Assembly: GCF_001194135.2 (NCBI RefSeq)
Contig: NC_068982.1
Location: 68,343,474-68,407,473 of the forward strand
Length of the DNA stretch: 64,000 bases
Direction: 5' to 3'
From: Octopus bimaculoides
Lineage: Eukaryota
Shown: piece after piece, positions 40,268 through 52,706 of the stretch
Layout: every line of letters begins with the position of its first letter
Numbering within the stretch: position 1 is the first letter of the stretch
Notes under the pieces: model-generated
Databases searched by the model: none
Seen by the model: the letters and a program-made list of their open reading frames with translations, nothing else
What the model was told of the DNA's origin: nothing
Position numbers and translations under genes: made by a program

Positions 40268-41149
40268 ATGGGAACTTTTGGTGGACATGCCCTACCAGGA
40301 ACATTCTTCCTACTCTTTGCCTTTTGGTACACAGTACAAATTTTCAATCGGTATTTCCAGTGCCGCAAAAGAAACGCTCGCTTTACATCCACAGTGACTT
40401 TTCCATGCACATGTTTGTGTGGTCGACTGAAAAAATGGCCTCTAGAATCTATAATGAAAATTGTCCTAGTTGTAATTGGTTTTAGCGGAGAAATAATTAC
40501 AGGCTTGCGACCTGGACCATATGTTATCTTGGGAAATGGCCAACATGCCACGATGTTTTTTGCCTTTGGTTTGTCTGGTGTAGTAGAACTGTTGTTGTTT
40601 TTTAAAGCACCTCTGCCAACAGATGTTGACTACATTGCTAATATACTGGCTTTTACAATTGAGCTTGTGTTGTTTAGATTTCATCTTCATGGAAGATCAG
40701 AACTCGATGTATTACTGCACGTGCTTCTTACCTATGTCATCATCGCCAGTTTAATCTCAGCCTTTATTGAAATGAAATTTCGACATAACGTTTTGGCACC
40801 TCTTGCAAGAACTTATTTTGTAATGTTACAGGGATCTTGGTTCTGGCAAGTTGGCTTCATACTGTATAGGCCTTTCCCAGGTAAATCTCCATGGAAGGGT
40901 GATGACCACAGCCAAATGATGCTGATCACTATATACTTTGCTTGGCACAGTATCGCCTGCTTTATCATTATCCTGCTGCTTGGAGGTATTGTTAGCTGCT
41001 ATCAAAAAGGTCGTGGTGTTTCTTATGTTGATGATGATATGATTATGAAACGTTTAATTCACACAGGAACCAATGGCCAAACACTTGTGAGTCTCAATGA
41101 TGACAGCGAGAGTGATATAGAATACCAAAAGCCTTCAACCGTCAAATAA
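40268..41149 (+). CDS. TMEM45B: TMEM45-family (DUF716) multi-pass membrane protein, 293 aa, single coding exon
   Basis: Uninterrupted ORF with family motifs MGTFGGHALPGTFF, QHATM, FRFHLHGRSELD, LQGSWFWQVGFILY and FAWH, about 7 hydrophobic segments and an acidic C-tail. The A/B paralogue assignment is nominal. Confidence 0.95.
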   Translation: MGTFGGHALPGTFFLLFAFWYTVQIFNRYFQCRKRNARFTSTVTFPCTCLCGRLKKWPLESIMKIVLVVIGFSGEIITGLRPGPYVILGNGQHATMFFAFGLSGVVELLLFFKAPLPTDVDYIANILAFTIELVLFRFHLHGRSELDVLLHVLLTYVIIASLISAFIEMKFRHNVLAPLARTYFVMLQGSWFWQVGFILYRPFPGKSPWKGDDHSQMMLITIYFAWHSIACFIIILLLGGIVSCYQKGRGVSYVDDDMIMKRLIHTGTNGQTLVSLNDDSESDIEYQKPSTVK

Positions 41150-41507
41150 TACTGAATAGTTTCATTCTATATCTCCATTGGTGATAGTCCAGTTTTATGT
41201 TCATGTTTTACAGATCTATCACATACAATTCCTTAAAATATTAAGGGCAAATGATAGTCTTTAGCAAATTTTGTGCTTCATAGACTACAGAATAATCTGC
41301 TGTTTGGTTGATACATGTGGGATTATTTTTCCAATTATCATGATACTCTGGGAAAATGAAATCTTTCAAAACCATTATTTTGTTCATTTCTGTTACCTCA
41401 TAATATTTGCTCAATTAACTCAATTACTAGCTTATTTCACATGTGCTCAAGACATCAGTTTTCATCCTCTCCTTAAATTGTCTTAAAATTCTTTCTTTGA
41501 TAAAAGA

Positions 41508-41513
41508 AATAAA
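41508..41513 (+). terminator. Candidate proximal poly(A) signal of TMEM45
   Basis: AATAAA about 360 nt after the stop codon. Confidence 0.35.
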
Positions 41514-41683
41514 ATGTTAATAATATTCAGCCCTTCTTTCCCCTCCCCTACTAAATGCAGCTGTCACAATAGATCCTCTTTTTGCCATTGTGACTTAAGT
41601 TTAAAACAATGTTCTAGCAAGTTAACATTTTCCTCTGGTTCTGCATTTTACCTTTTATTTTTACATATATATATATATATATA

Positions 41684-41914
41684 GGTATGGCCAAAAGTCA
41701 CCCAACAGTAAATCAAAATTCCATAAATACTATCTATAATTCTGTATTGACTCAAATGGAAAAATGTGTCACTAAAGAAGGACTTTAGCTTGAACAATTT
41801 TCATGATGTTTCATATTTAGATGCTTTTATTAAATTCATTCAGTTGTTAACCATAAATAAATCTTGGAATTAAATGGCTTTGATTTACTGTCAGATGACT
41901 TCTGGCCAGCCTTG
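41684..41914. mobile_element. Tc1/mariner-type MITE between (TA)n tracts, downstream of the TMEM45 stop
   Basis: TIR tggcca(a/g)aagtca(c/t)c(c/t)(a/g)acagtaaatcaaa at both ends. Confidence 0.8.
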
Positions 41915-42627
41915 TATATATATATATATATTAGCTAAAAGTTAAAATGTATTTCATGCCTATTGGTCTTTTAGGTCAAATAGAACACTTTGATGCTGCT
42001 CTTGTTCCTAAAAAAAAGGAATGTTTTTTTTTCTCTTTTTTTTTGTTTTTTTTTTCCATCAGAACTCCTCTTTTTACCTTGTTATAGAAAAGTACTTGGA
42101 ATATAGAATTGGTTGCCTTCAATGCTGCTAAAAAGAAAAAAGTCTGATTTTTTACAAATACAAGCATTCATACCAATTTGTAGAAACTTTTTGTATTACT
42201 GGAAATATTTATTAGTCTTTTTTTTTAAGTTGAAGCAACTCTTGTGTGTTTCTAACAAGAATCTGTAATGTTGTTGACCTCATGCTATATCGCATTGATT
42301 AGAAACGTCCTTATCAAGACAAAAAATATAAAAAAGAAACAGAATTTTGATTCTTTTTCATCAACCATTTTAATCCATCATTGTATGGCAGCTGATATTT
42401 CACTCATATTTTTAACATATCTGAAAATCTTTTCTGTTTATTCTCATAACTGTATCCATATTACCATTTGTGGTTTGATTGATACATATTCATGGCTGCC
42501 CTACTCACTCTCTTCATTTCATCAATATCCGCCCAATGTGCCCAAGAATTAACTATTTACAAGTGACTAATTTATTACAAGATTATTTTTAGAACAGTCT
42601 GTTTGGTTAATTTCTCAATAAGATTCC

Positions 42628-42633
42628 AATAAA
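42628..42633 (+). terminator. Candidate distal poly(A) signal of TMEM45
   Basis: AATAAA followed by a GT/T-rich tract (tgttttttgttttgttc). Confidence 0.35.
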
Positions 42634-45600
42634 TGTTTTTTGTTTTGTTCTCAGAATAGCAAAACCATGAATAAACAATATAACCTTCAGCAATAGAATT
42701 GGAAAGTTTGGAACACCATTAGGGTAAAATAAAAAAATCACAAAAAAAAATCACTGAATAAAAAAAAATGTTTGATAAATGAAAGCACAATGATGAAAAA
42801 ATATATTGGGAAATGATCAATAATCATATAGAGCGAAATTTAAAATTAAATTAAAGTGAAATGAACAAAACTTAAGAGGTGAAATATCATGACATGAACC
42901 CATTAATATTGACATTGTCATTCAACAATCTGGTCCAGAAAGCTTTATGGATCTATACTATTGATTTTGTTCCAAAACAGTTCCATCTGTCATAGTTCCA
43001 AACACAGTAAACTTCATATAGAAACAGCTAATAACTAGCAGGAATATATCTGGCCAATGTATATATATATATTTGTTATATAAATGAACAGTCTTTTGGC
43101 AAGACTTAACAAAGCTGAACAAATCCTTTATAACTAACTGTTGAGGCCTGCCATTATTGTTTAATCAATAAACTATCAGACTCTGAATTATAAGCAAGCT
43201 ACCATAGTCACAGTTTGAAAATGAGATTCTATTTTGTTAATTTCCTCACTGTAATTGATATACCCTTCAAATCACATAAGTCGTCTGTGTGTCTGGTGTA
43301 AAGTTAATATCTCATTTGTCATTTGTGAAGGTTGGTTTCAAAGAAAATAATGAGTGTGGCTGTAGACTTGACTTATGGGGTTTTATTCATAGAAAAGAAG
43401 TCTGTGTTCTCTCGAGTCATTTTTATCTGGCAATACTCATGAAGATTATGCTATGATCAAGAGGTCTAATAAGACTAAAACCTGTCTGGAATTGTCTCCT
43501 TATTGCCAGTATCAAACTTACTCTGCATTGCCCACATTTTATTGTTAATTTTGATTAAAATTTCAGGGTTGTCTCCCTTGTCTTTCTTGACCAGAATTGA
43601 TCATTAAGATATTGATTGTTTGCACTAATCTTACCGTTCTGGATTTTTTGTTAGCTTTTTGACTCCTTGCTTTAAATATGTTAGCAAAAAGCCATCATGT
43701 TAAGTTAGTGTTAACATTTTTTTTAAAGCATGGAGCTTCAAAATGTTAACTAGGAAAAAATATATAGGCAGCAAGTACAGAAGACAATTCCAGTCATCTT
43801 TTGGTCTTATTAGAAGCTCTTCAGCAAAATATAGACTTCACAAACATAGTCATTGACTAATATTTTTTTACACACTATATTTTCTAGTTAGATTTAAAAT
43901 ATTCACTACATTAAATATGTCAACACTAACATAATTGTTTTGTCAAGCAGAAGGTAACAAAGGCAAATTTATTTTATGTTTTTTTTTAGCTTGTCATTGG
44001 AATTTTGGTATAACAATTAAATTCTTCAGGGGAAGCATAAGGTAATTTACCTGAAAAGAGTAGGAGTTATTGTTGTTCAACTTCAAATCAACCTTCATCA
44101 AGTAGCACACCTTTGACCAAAAGTATTCCACTTGTGACCCCACCCCTACTCATGTAGTAGCTCAACCTACTCAAAATTGTTAACAAATTTCCATATTTTT
44201 GTAAAGAGAAGCGAAGAACTAAATTTGATTTTAGTATTATGAGACTGTTGGTAATGAGTTTCATCGATCAATATTAAAACAGAAAAACCAGAAACCTGTG
44301 AAAGAATTTCTGTTGTTAGTCATCATATTAAACCTGCGTCTTCAAAGACGTAAACATACAAACAAGGTTCTTGCCCAAGGTACCACACCAATTATCTCCT
44401 TATAGTCTTATGTATGAGTACAACTATGATTGTAGTAAATGTGAGAAAAGGATGCTAATAAAAACTAAACTATAATCACTGATGCCAAAATTCATATCAA
44501 ATGGATTAAAACTATATCATTTCAGAAGTAAATCAAATGGGACATTTTTTCCTAGATTCATTTCTCAAAAGGATGAAAGATTATTTTGTTATAGATATAC
44601 AATTACAAATGTAAATTCGGATGAACAATATTTTCATCTAACTTTTAAAGTTGAACTCATTTAATCCTTTTGTTACTATATTTCTTTTAGAATACATTCC
44701 CTTTGTTTCAATTAATGAAGAATTGGGTAATATAATTTATCATTATTAAATGGATTTTTGGAACATAATGTAAAATTTTGATGGGAAGTTTTTATTTAGC
44801 TCACAATAAAACAGTTTGCATCAAGGAATGTGGGACAATCTCAGTGGGTTGGTAATGAAGTCATTTAAACTATTTTAATATTGATTGCAGCTTTATTGAA
44901 TGTAATTTAGTAAAATTTAGAGTTTGGATAAGTTTGTATGTCATATCTTTCTTGACTGACCCTTCATCTGACAGAAAATAGTTTTTCAACTGAAAAATCT
45001 TTCTCTCAGATGAAGAGGCAGTCACTCAATGTTAGACTCCTCTTCTCCCCATGACATATCAAGTTAGCCAAACTCATGAACTTCACTATGCAAACCCCTT
45101 CCCCCTGCCAATTTCCATGAACTGTGTGTTTGATATAAACAATTTGTTATGTGTTGAATGTACAATGACCCTTAGGACATTCTCAGATCAAAGTTAGTAA
45201 AATAGTTTTTCAAGGTGGATTGGTAATTATTTTGGCTCAATGGCTAACAGCTTAGAGTTAGTTTATAGTCCTATACTTTGATATAACTATTTATATTCCA
45301 TAGTTTTAAACTGAGATCAACATGAAACCTATAATCTAACAATTGTTGCTTAGTTCTAGGCTAGTACTAAAGGTTTCACAGATTAAATCAAGCATTTTAT
45401 GTTCTACCATAGTATCTTCTTACTGGACATAAATTAATGTTGAATGCAATAAAATAAATCATAAATATTCTCCATGAGAGCTACAGGAGTTCATAATATC
45501 AATGCTTAGCTTTGTATTCGATTACAATATGTAATGGGATTCTCTCTACTGAGTATGATGCTAATCAATTTCAGCTAAGATTTTCCCAGAGACCATAAAT

Positions 45601-47193
45601 CATCAAATCTAATTCACTACTGCACTTCCTAAATACATTACTCCTCAATACTACTACTACTACTACTAATTATAGCAACAATAATGATTATAATAATGAT
45701 GGTTTCTTTATTAAGTACAATGCTAGTAATTTTGAAGGGAGGAAGTTAATACCATTGGTCCTAGTGCTAATTGTTGACAGTGACTTCAAAGGTTACTGAA
45801 AACGACTTATTCAAACTGTCATCAATCATTGTAATATTTCAATATGCATTTATAGATCCTTTCATTCTTTACTCACTAAAATCAATCTAGACACATACAT
45901 TCACCATTTTCTATTTAGCCATTGCAACTGCCCACACTAACCCTTTAGGCTAATCTATGAGAGATCACTCCTGATTCTATGGTACAGGCTTCCTGTTTAA
46001 AGTGATTCGAATTAAAAACCTTCCTTCAAAATTTAATGTTAATTTATGTTCCAAATACCAGCTTATTAATGACAAAGTAGTTTTAATACATTCATTATTT
46101 TCAAAATTAGTTGAAACTAAGGCAGTGTACTTAAACAGAAACATAACAAAATATGGTTAAATAATTATATGCATAATTTCTTCAAAAAGCATGAGAAGTT
46201 GAAATGTTCATGATTTTCTCACTGAATAAATTCAACATATATTTTTAATCATTGCATTTCTCTCCTTTTTAGTTAGTAATCAGCAAAAGTTTAGCAAAAC
46301 TGTTTCTACAGAGTGTTGCATAAAGATGGGACTTATGGCCATGATTATATTTTTTATTTTCCTTGAGCCCTAGGACTCAAAAAGCTTGTCACCTGGTTTC
46401 TATGGTATATAGATGACCAAGATCACAACATTCCCCACTAAATGAGATACCAGTCCATTGCAGGATCAAGGACAGCAATTTTTTGATTGGAGGGAACAAA
46501 TCAATTACATCAACTTCAAGTATCTGACTGTTACTGTATTTTATTGATCCCCAAGGGATGAAAGGCAAAGTAGACCTGAGCAGGATTTGAGTTTTATCTG
46601 ACATGCTAACGATTCTGCCAGCTCATCACCATGATTATATATTATAACACTTTCTTTAATAAATGTGTTTGTTCGAGTCCTGGTTCCTTGTATATTTAAA
46701 ATTATGTCCCATCAATACAAGACACCCTTTATAATTTGGTTTTCTGTGTTAATCATGTTATTGTGCCAGCCAATTCCTGCTAGTGTTTTTTTTGTTTTTT
46801 TAAAATCTTTCCGAAACCTGAAGAGCATTTTGAACTGTTGATTTCTCTGGTCTGGAATAAATCATTTTATGAAACCAAAACAGAATCTTGAACTATTTGC
46901 AAGAGACTTGTTTCTCCTATGTAATCTCATTATTTGCCTTGATTATTTATTTTTTAAAACAATAAATGTTTGTTTTTTTCCAATGGATGTTTCCTTCTTA
47001 TTCTCTTTCAAGATTTGTCTCTTTTATTGCAGACAATTTTTAAATTGAACAAGTAAATCTAGATAATAATGCACATGTATTAAAAAACCTTTCACACTTG
47101 TTCCAAATCACATATTCTATTTTTTTTTCTTCAGTTATTGCACTGCAGCCATGCTAGAGCTTCCTGAAGATATTAATCAAACAATTTATGACT

Positions 47194-47633
47194 ACTGACC
47201 GAGACCTTTGGAAATGTGCTGTGCGTGAGAAAACCTGGCAAGCCAAGTAAGATCGTTGCCAGTGCCCCTGGACTGGCTCTTGTGCGGGTAGCACATGAGA
47301 TGCACCATTTTGAGCGTGGCCGTTGCCAGTACCGCCTGACTGGCTCCCGTAGGATTTTTGAGTGAGATCATTACCAGTGCCCCTGGACTGGCTTGTGCGG
47401 GTGGCACATAAAAGACACCATTTCGAGCGTGGCCGTTTTCATGCGGGTGACACGTATAAGCACCCACTACACTCTCTGAGTGGTTGGCGTTAGGAAGGGC
47501 ATCCAGCTGTAGAAACTCTGCCAAATTAGATTGGAGCCTGGTGTTGCCATCCGGTTTCACCAGTCCTCAGTCAAATCGTCCAACCCATGCTAGCATGGAA
47601 AGCGGACGTTAAACGATGATGATGATGATGATG
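47194..47633 (+). mobile_element. Young RTE 3' end (last codons DRDLWKCAVREKTWQAK*, UTR and tail)
   Basis: ORF terminus, UTR repeats and (GAT)n. Confidence 0.9.
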
Positions 47634-47750
47634 AATTTAATCCCAGTACTAGTCTCTTATTGAATTAAATTACAATGACATAACAAAGTAACACCTGTTA
47701 AGTAGTGTAAGAGCAAACACAAATATATGTACACATAGATATACATGCAT

Positions 47751-47804
<54 letters not shown>

Positions 47805-48241
47805 AGTTACCACACAATTTGCAATATTCACTCACAAGGCATTGGTCAGTCTGGTGTTTATAGTTGATGACACTGATATCAAAGGTACTTTTCAGCAAAG
47901 AAGTGAGCCTAAAATCCCCTGGTTGTGAAGCAGGCTGCTTAACTACACAGCCATGCTTGCACCTACAATAGAAAATTAACTGATTCAACTAATGGTGATA
48001 AATTTGAAACAGTAGATTTTTAGGTACAAAGAAAAAACTTTAAAATAATACATCTAAAGACAACAAAAAAAATATACAAATTGTCAATTAAAATGTCACT
48101 GGAAAACTAATATTGATATAAGGTGAAAGAGAGGTTGAATATTACAAAAGAACATACCTAGTGGTGTTAGTACCATGATAAACATGTTCAATTTTCACCA
48201 TTACATTAGTTCAAAACAGGAAAACAACCATCCAAAATCTT

Positions 48242-48570
48242 CATCATCAACATCATCACCATTTAGCACCTGTTGTCCATGCTGGCATGGGTTGGATAGT
48301 TTGACTTGGACTGGTAAGCTGAGGGGCTGCACCAGACTCTAGTCTGATTTGGCATGGTTTCTACAGCTGGATGCCCTTCCTCATGCCAACCACTCCAAGA
48401 GTGTAATGGGTACTTTTACATGACACCAATATCTGCCACAACTATGATTTCACTTGGCTTGATGGGTCTTCTCAGCACAGTATATTGCCAAAGGTCTTGG
48501 TCATTTGTCATTGCCTCCATGAGGCCCAGCACTCGGAAAGTGCTTTTTACATGCCACGAGCACAGGTGCT
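48242..48570 (-). mobile_element. RTE 3' tail
   Basis: Tail consensus plus ORF-terminus sequence. Confidence 0.85.
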
Positions 48571-48714
48571 AAGCAGACTGCAAAAACTCCATGAAATCCA
48601 TCAACAGAGCTAGTTGACAGTCTTAGAAATCAAAACATATAAAATATTGCTATATTTCAAACTTGTCCAACCAATAACTTGACAGAAAACCAAAATTTAT
48701 CTCAGGTTTACAGG

Positions 48715-48960
48715 TCCACAAGGCAGGATCTTATCTCGGTTTCCTTAAGCAACTAGGAGTTCAAGATTATCCCTTGATCTCGGACACTAGCCCATCTCAC
48801 GATTAACCCCACCACCACCACCAGTTATTGCTTGTACTTATTTTCAGCTGAGTGGGTTGAAAAAATGTTGAATGGAGTGTCATGCATAGCATATTGTCCA
48901 GTCCAAGAATCAAATGCAAGACCAAATTATCATAAACCTAATATCCAAACCACTAACCAT
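48715..48960 (-). mobile_element. Decayed SINE with a different 3' module (ctcctagttgcttaaggaaaccgagataagatcc)
   Basis: tRNA-like head remnant. A similar tail occurs at 25655-25860 (+). Confidence 0.5.
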
Positions 48961-49640
48961 GCTCATTCACACACACCTACACACGTGTATTTTCTTTGCA
49001 TTTTTAATATTAGTCAGGGAAGAAAAAGTAGTGCCCGTGACCTTTACAAACCTTTCCAGACTGGTGAGACTGAGAATCTAATGCCCAGAACAAATTTTAC
49101 AGGAAAACCATGATCTTTGAATAAGATGAACTAGACTAAATACACTCAAGAACTTAGTTATGTGTGCATATATATGTATGTGTCTATATATGATCCCACA
49201 TGTCTTCACGCTATCACAGTTTCAGCATTTGATTTTCATGCCACTGTAATCTTCAGGTAAGAACCATTACATTACAATTTTATATTGGTGGTATATTTAT
49301 ATACTTTGGTTTGTGTGGTCTAGTGCTTGTATTTTTTCATTGTTTGGCTTATCGTGTATGTTGGTCAGTTGATGGTTTTCAATATAATCTACAGAGCAAA
49401 CAATTTCACAAAAAGGACAAATAAAAATTACATCAGTGCCAATAGGCAAGCTTTTAAAGACACACACATTCTGGATCAAGTACAAAAGGAGTGCAACATC
49501 CTTCTCTAAATATCTCTGGGAAAAAAGATCTTTACTCCAAGTGAGATAAAATAAACGCCAAAAATTCACACCCAAAAGCATAGCATAGCACACACACACA
49601 CACACAAATATAAACCATGAAAAGAAATACTTCACACATA

Positions 49641-50498
49641 CAGGGTGCTCAGGCTAAACTTGACAGTTTGCCTAAAAGAAAAAGAACACCCCATCCAAAA
49701 ATAAAAGTATTTAAAAATTTTTTTTATAAATATCAACTAGATTATGGCTGGGAGATATCTGTTTACTCAAAGTAGCTGCCCCCAGCTTGCACCACAGCTT
49801 TAAGATGGCTCCAGAACCTGGCACATGCATTTCTCAGTGTCCTAGGGAAGATCTTTGAACATCTCCTTGATTTTGGACACCAGCTTGGTTTTGGTATTGC
49901 AAGCAGAGTGGTCAGTGTCTTTCTCAACTGTGCCCCACACTCAGTGATCCATAGGATTACTGGGAATTAGGAAATCAGAAATTGGTACTGGTGAAGTCAT
50001 ACAAATTCTTAACCACTTTTGACTCTTTCCAGAGCCAAATCCTGCTGCCACACATACAGCTTTCCAGAAGCAATCTTTCCAGCTAGCAATTGACCATAGT
50101 TCACAGCAGCTTCACATAGCTGTCTAAATTGAGCTTGAGGCCCTGTTCATCAGTTGTTGGATGAATTGCAGCATGCAGATGCAGTCGGAATGCCTGTTGT
50201 GTCCCTTCCTGCTGGTCACAGCTTTGTAGTCTTCATTGCAGCTGTCCGTGTCACATCTTATAGCCTATACAGTGTTCACAGAGCACTGAGCAGCAATCAT
50301 AATGTCAGCATTTTGATACCCAGCCCGAATCATCATGATGCGGGTAACTCTTTTCCAATATTCAGATGGCTTCCAATCTTCCAAGTAAGATAACATTTTC
50401 TCAACTACAAGTTTAATCTTTATGCTTTCCAACATCGTTGACTGTTCACTAATATATCAAGCTGTTTCTGAATCATCAAATTTAGCATAAACATCCTG
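49641..50498 (-). mobile_element. Internally deleted maT-like element with both TIRs and TA target site
   Basis: TIRs cagggtgctcaggctaaacttga and caggatgtttatgctaaatttga. Translated WKPSEYWKRVTRIMMIRAG and NPMDH*VWGTVEKD..ACARFWSHLKAVVQAGGSYFE*. Confidence 0.85.
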
Positions 50499-50787
50499 TA
50501 CATAGCATGCAAAATATGCACTCACTACCTTGGTATAATCATCATCGTCATTTGACATTCATTTTCCATGCTAGCATGGGCTGGACAGTTTGACAAGATT
50601 CAGCAAAGTTGTATGGCTGCATTGTACTCCCACATCAGCTTTGGCATGGTTTCTACAGTTGGATGCCCTTCCTAATGACAACCACTTTATAAAGTATACT
50701 AGGTGCTTTTTTCAAGCCACTGGCACTAATGAGGTTGCCATATAACTTGTAAGGTAGAAAAAGAACAGGGAAAAGGAAAAAGCTTCA

Positions 50788-51166
50788 GGCGTAGGAGTGG
50801 CTGTGTGGTAAGTAGCTTGCTTACCAACCACATGGTCCTGGGTTCAGTCCCACTGCATGGCATCTTGGGCAAGTGTTTTCTACTATAACCTCAGGCCGAC
50901 CAAAGCCTTGTGAGTGAATTTGGTAGACGGAAAACTGAAAGAAGCCCGTCGTATATATGTGTGTATGTGTCTGTGTTTGTCCCCCCAACATCGCTTGACA
51001 ACCGATGCTGGTGTGTTTATGTCCCCGTAACTTAGCAGTTCAACAAAAGAGACCGATAGAATAAGTACTAGGCTTCTAAAGAATAAGTCTTGGGGTCGAT
51101 TTGCTCGACTAAAGGCGGTGCTCCAGCATGGCCACAGTCAAAAGACTGAAACGAGTAAAAGAGTAA
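50788..51166 (+). mobile_element. tRNA-headed SINE, type C (most abundant family), best-preserved copy
   Basis: TGGCTGTGTGG and GGTTCAGTCCC boxes, CORE-like ttgggcaagtgt, internal (TG)n and tail gactgaaac(a/g)agtaaaaga. About 20 further copies on both strands, e.g. near 8.1, 8.9, 9.3, 17.6, 22.7, 24.6, 28.0, 28.3, 32.0, 33.3, 33.8, 38.6, 39.4, 47.8, 55.0, 56.0, 56.6, 59.2 and 61.8 kb. Confidence 0.92.
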
Positions 51167-51169
51167 GAG

Positions 51170-51910
51170 GTGAATATTTGAGAGGGAAAGGTGGAGGTGG
51201 ATGGCTTTATGCTGTATTGAAAGGCTAAAGCATGATAGAGGGACAAGCACAGGTGTCTTGCTACAGATGAGACACATAGCTGAAGGAGATAAAAGGAAGC
51301 AAGTAACCGAGTGCTGGAGCAAACTTTCAAGGTATAACAGTATAAGCATAAGAAAGGGTACAGACAGGGGATTTTTTTTCATAACTTTGTTGGAGGGAGT
51401 AACAGGTAGTTAGAGATGGTGGTTGAGGGAATTATAATGAGTGATAAACAAGGGTGGAGCTGCAGTTGAAGGAGTATCTGTATGGACAGGAGTAAAGTGA
51501 GAGATATAGGAGTGGCACAGGAGGGAGCACAAGTCAGAAAGTAGTGGAATGATGTGCAAGGTATAGGAGCAGTGGAGTGGGAGATATAGGCTACATAAGG
51601 GGCTACAGTAAATGGGGAATGCTGATAATATATGAGAGGGCTTTGAAAATGATAGCATTAAGAACTGAAGCCCAGCAAGGAAGTGATTGGTAGATATAGC
51701 ATCAGTAGGATTGATAATGAGAAAAATGGAAGTTCCAAGTGGGAGAGGGAAGGTGGCCAGAAGTGAGGAGTATAATATGTACTGATTCTGTTCCCATGTA
51801 ATTACAACAGCCAATTAGTGCTATAGATGGAGAAGGTGATAAGTGTTAGGGAACGAGAATTGGGGGAGATGCTTGACACATCAGATGGAGAGGACTTTGG
51901 GCAGAGTCCT
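51170..51910 (-). mobile_element. Decayed Penelope-like RT fragment
   Basis: Shares gataatgagaaa(aa)tggaagtt with 10.96 kb. PPLFITHYNSLNHH resembles the PLVLTYHP motif. Confidence 0.5.
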
Positions 51911-51949
51911 GCACATACAATCATAACTTCAAAAAAAAAAAAAACTCTA

Positions 51950-52300
51950 GGAATGGCTGTGTGGTAAGGAAGCTTGCTTCCCAACCACATGCTTTCAAGT
52001 TCAATCCCACTGTATGGCACCTTGGGCAAATGTTTTCTAATATATCCTCAAGCTGACCAAAGCCTTGTGAGTGGATTTGGCAGATGGAAAGTAAAAGAAA
52101 CTCACCACTTGTGTGCGTGTGTGTGTCCCACCACCGCTTGACAACTGGTGTTGTTTTGTTTATGTACCTGTAACTTAGCAGTTTGGCAAAACAATCTGAT
52201 AGAATAAGTACCAAGCTTAAAAAAAAACAAAGTACTAGGGTAAATTCATTCAACTAAATTTATTCAACATGGCATCACAGTCTAATGACTGAAACTATTA
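51950..52300 (+). mobile_element. Type C SINE
   Basis: Colinear with 50788-51166. Confidence 0.85.
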
Positions 52301-52563
52301 AAAGAAAAGAAAATTGATATACATGATATGCCCATGCAAGTACACACATTTATAGACTTAAAGATCAGACATACAACCATACACCACCAAACATAACCAC
52401 TCCATGTCCACATATACATATCTCCTCTAAACAAGAAAACAAAAACTCCATTCCACCCAAAATAAAATCTCACTACAGCTACAAGCACACACACACCACC
52501 ACCATCACAAACATTAAGAGATGTTTACTTAATAAAACAAAACCGTTTGACCATAAAAACACA

Positions 52564-52706
52564 TTAACCCATAATCATTCAAACCAGCCATATCTGGCCC
52601 AAATATTGTAACTTATTTTTTTCATGTTCAAACTGACCAGGTCCAGCCTTTCACACCTACCCTACATCTCTACACTGTCAAACTAAAAATAAACAATTAC
52701 ATTATC
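52564..52706. mobile_element. TTAA MITE, family 1, running into a gap
   Basis: Colinear with the first 140 bp of 10194-10421. Confidence 0.75.

Noticed and set aside
40173-40690. Short ORFs overlapping TMEM45 in other frames or on the other strand
   Set aside because: Shadow frames of the real CDS with no recognisable motifs.
49297-49515. Minus-strand open segment after a good acceptor, containing CPFC-x11-H (UBZ/zinc-finger-like)
   Set aside because: The last ligand spacing is atypical. The C-terminal part overlaps the inverted homology with 54.6 kb, where the frame is not kept. No partner exons were found. Unproven; needs RNA-seq.
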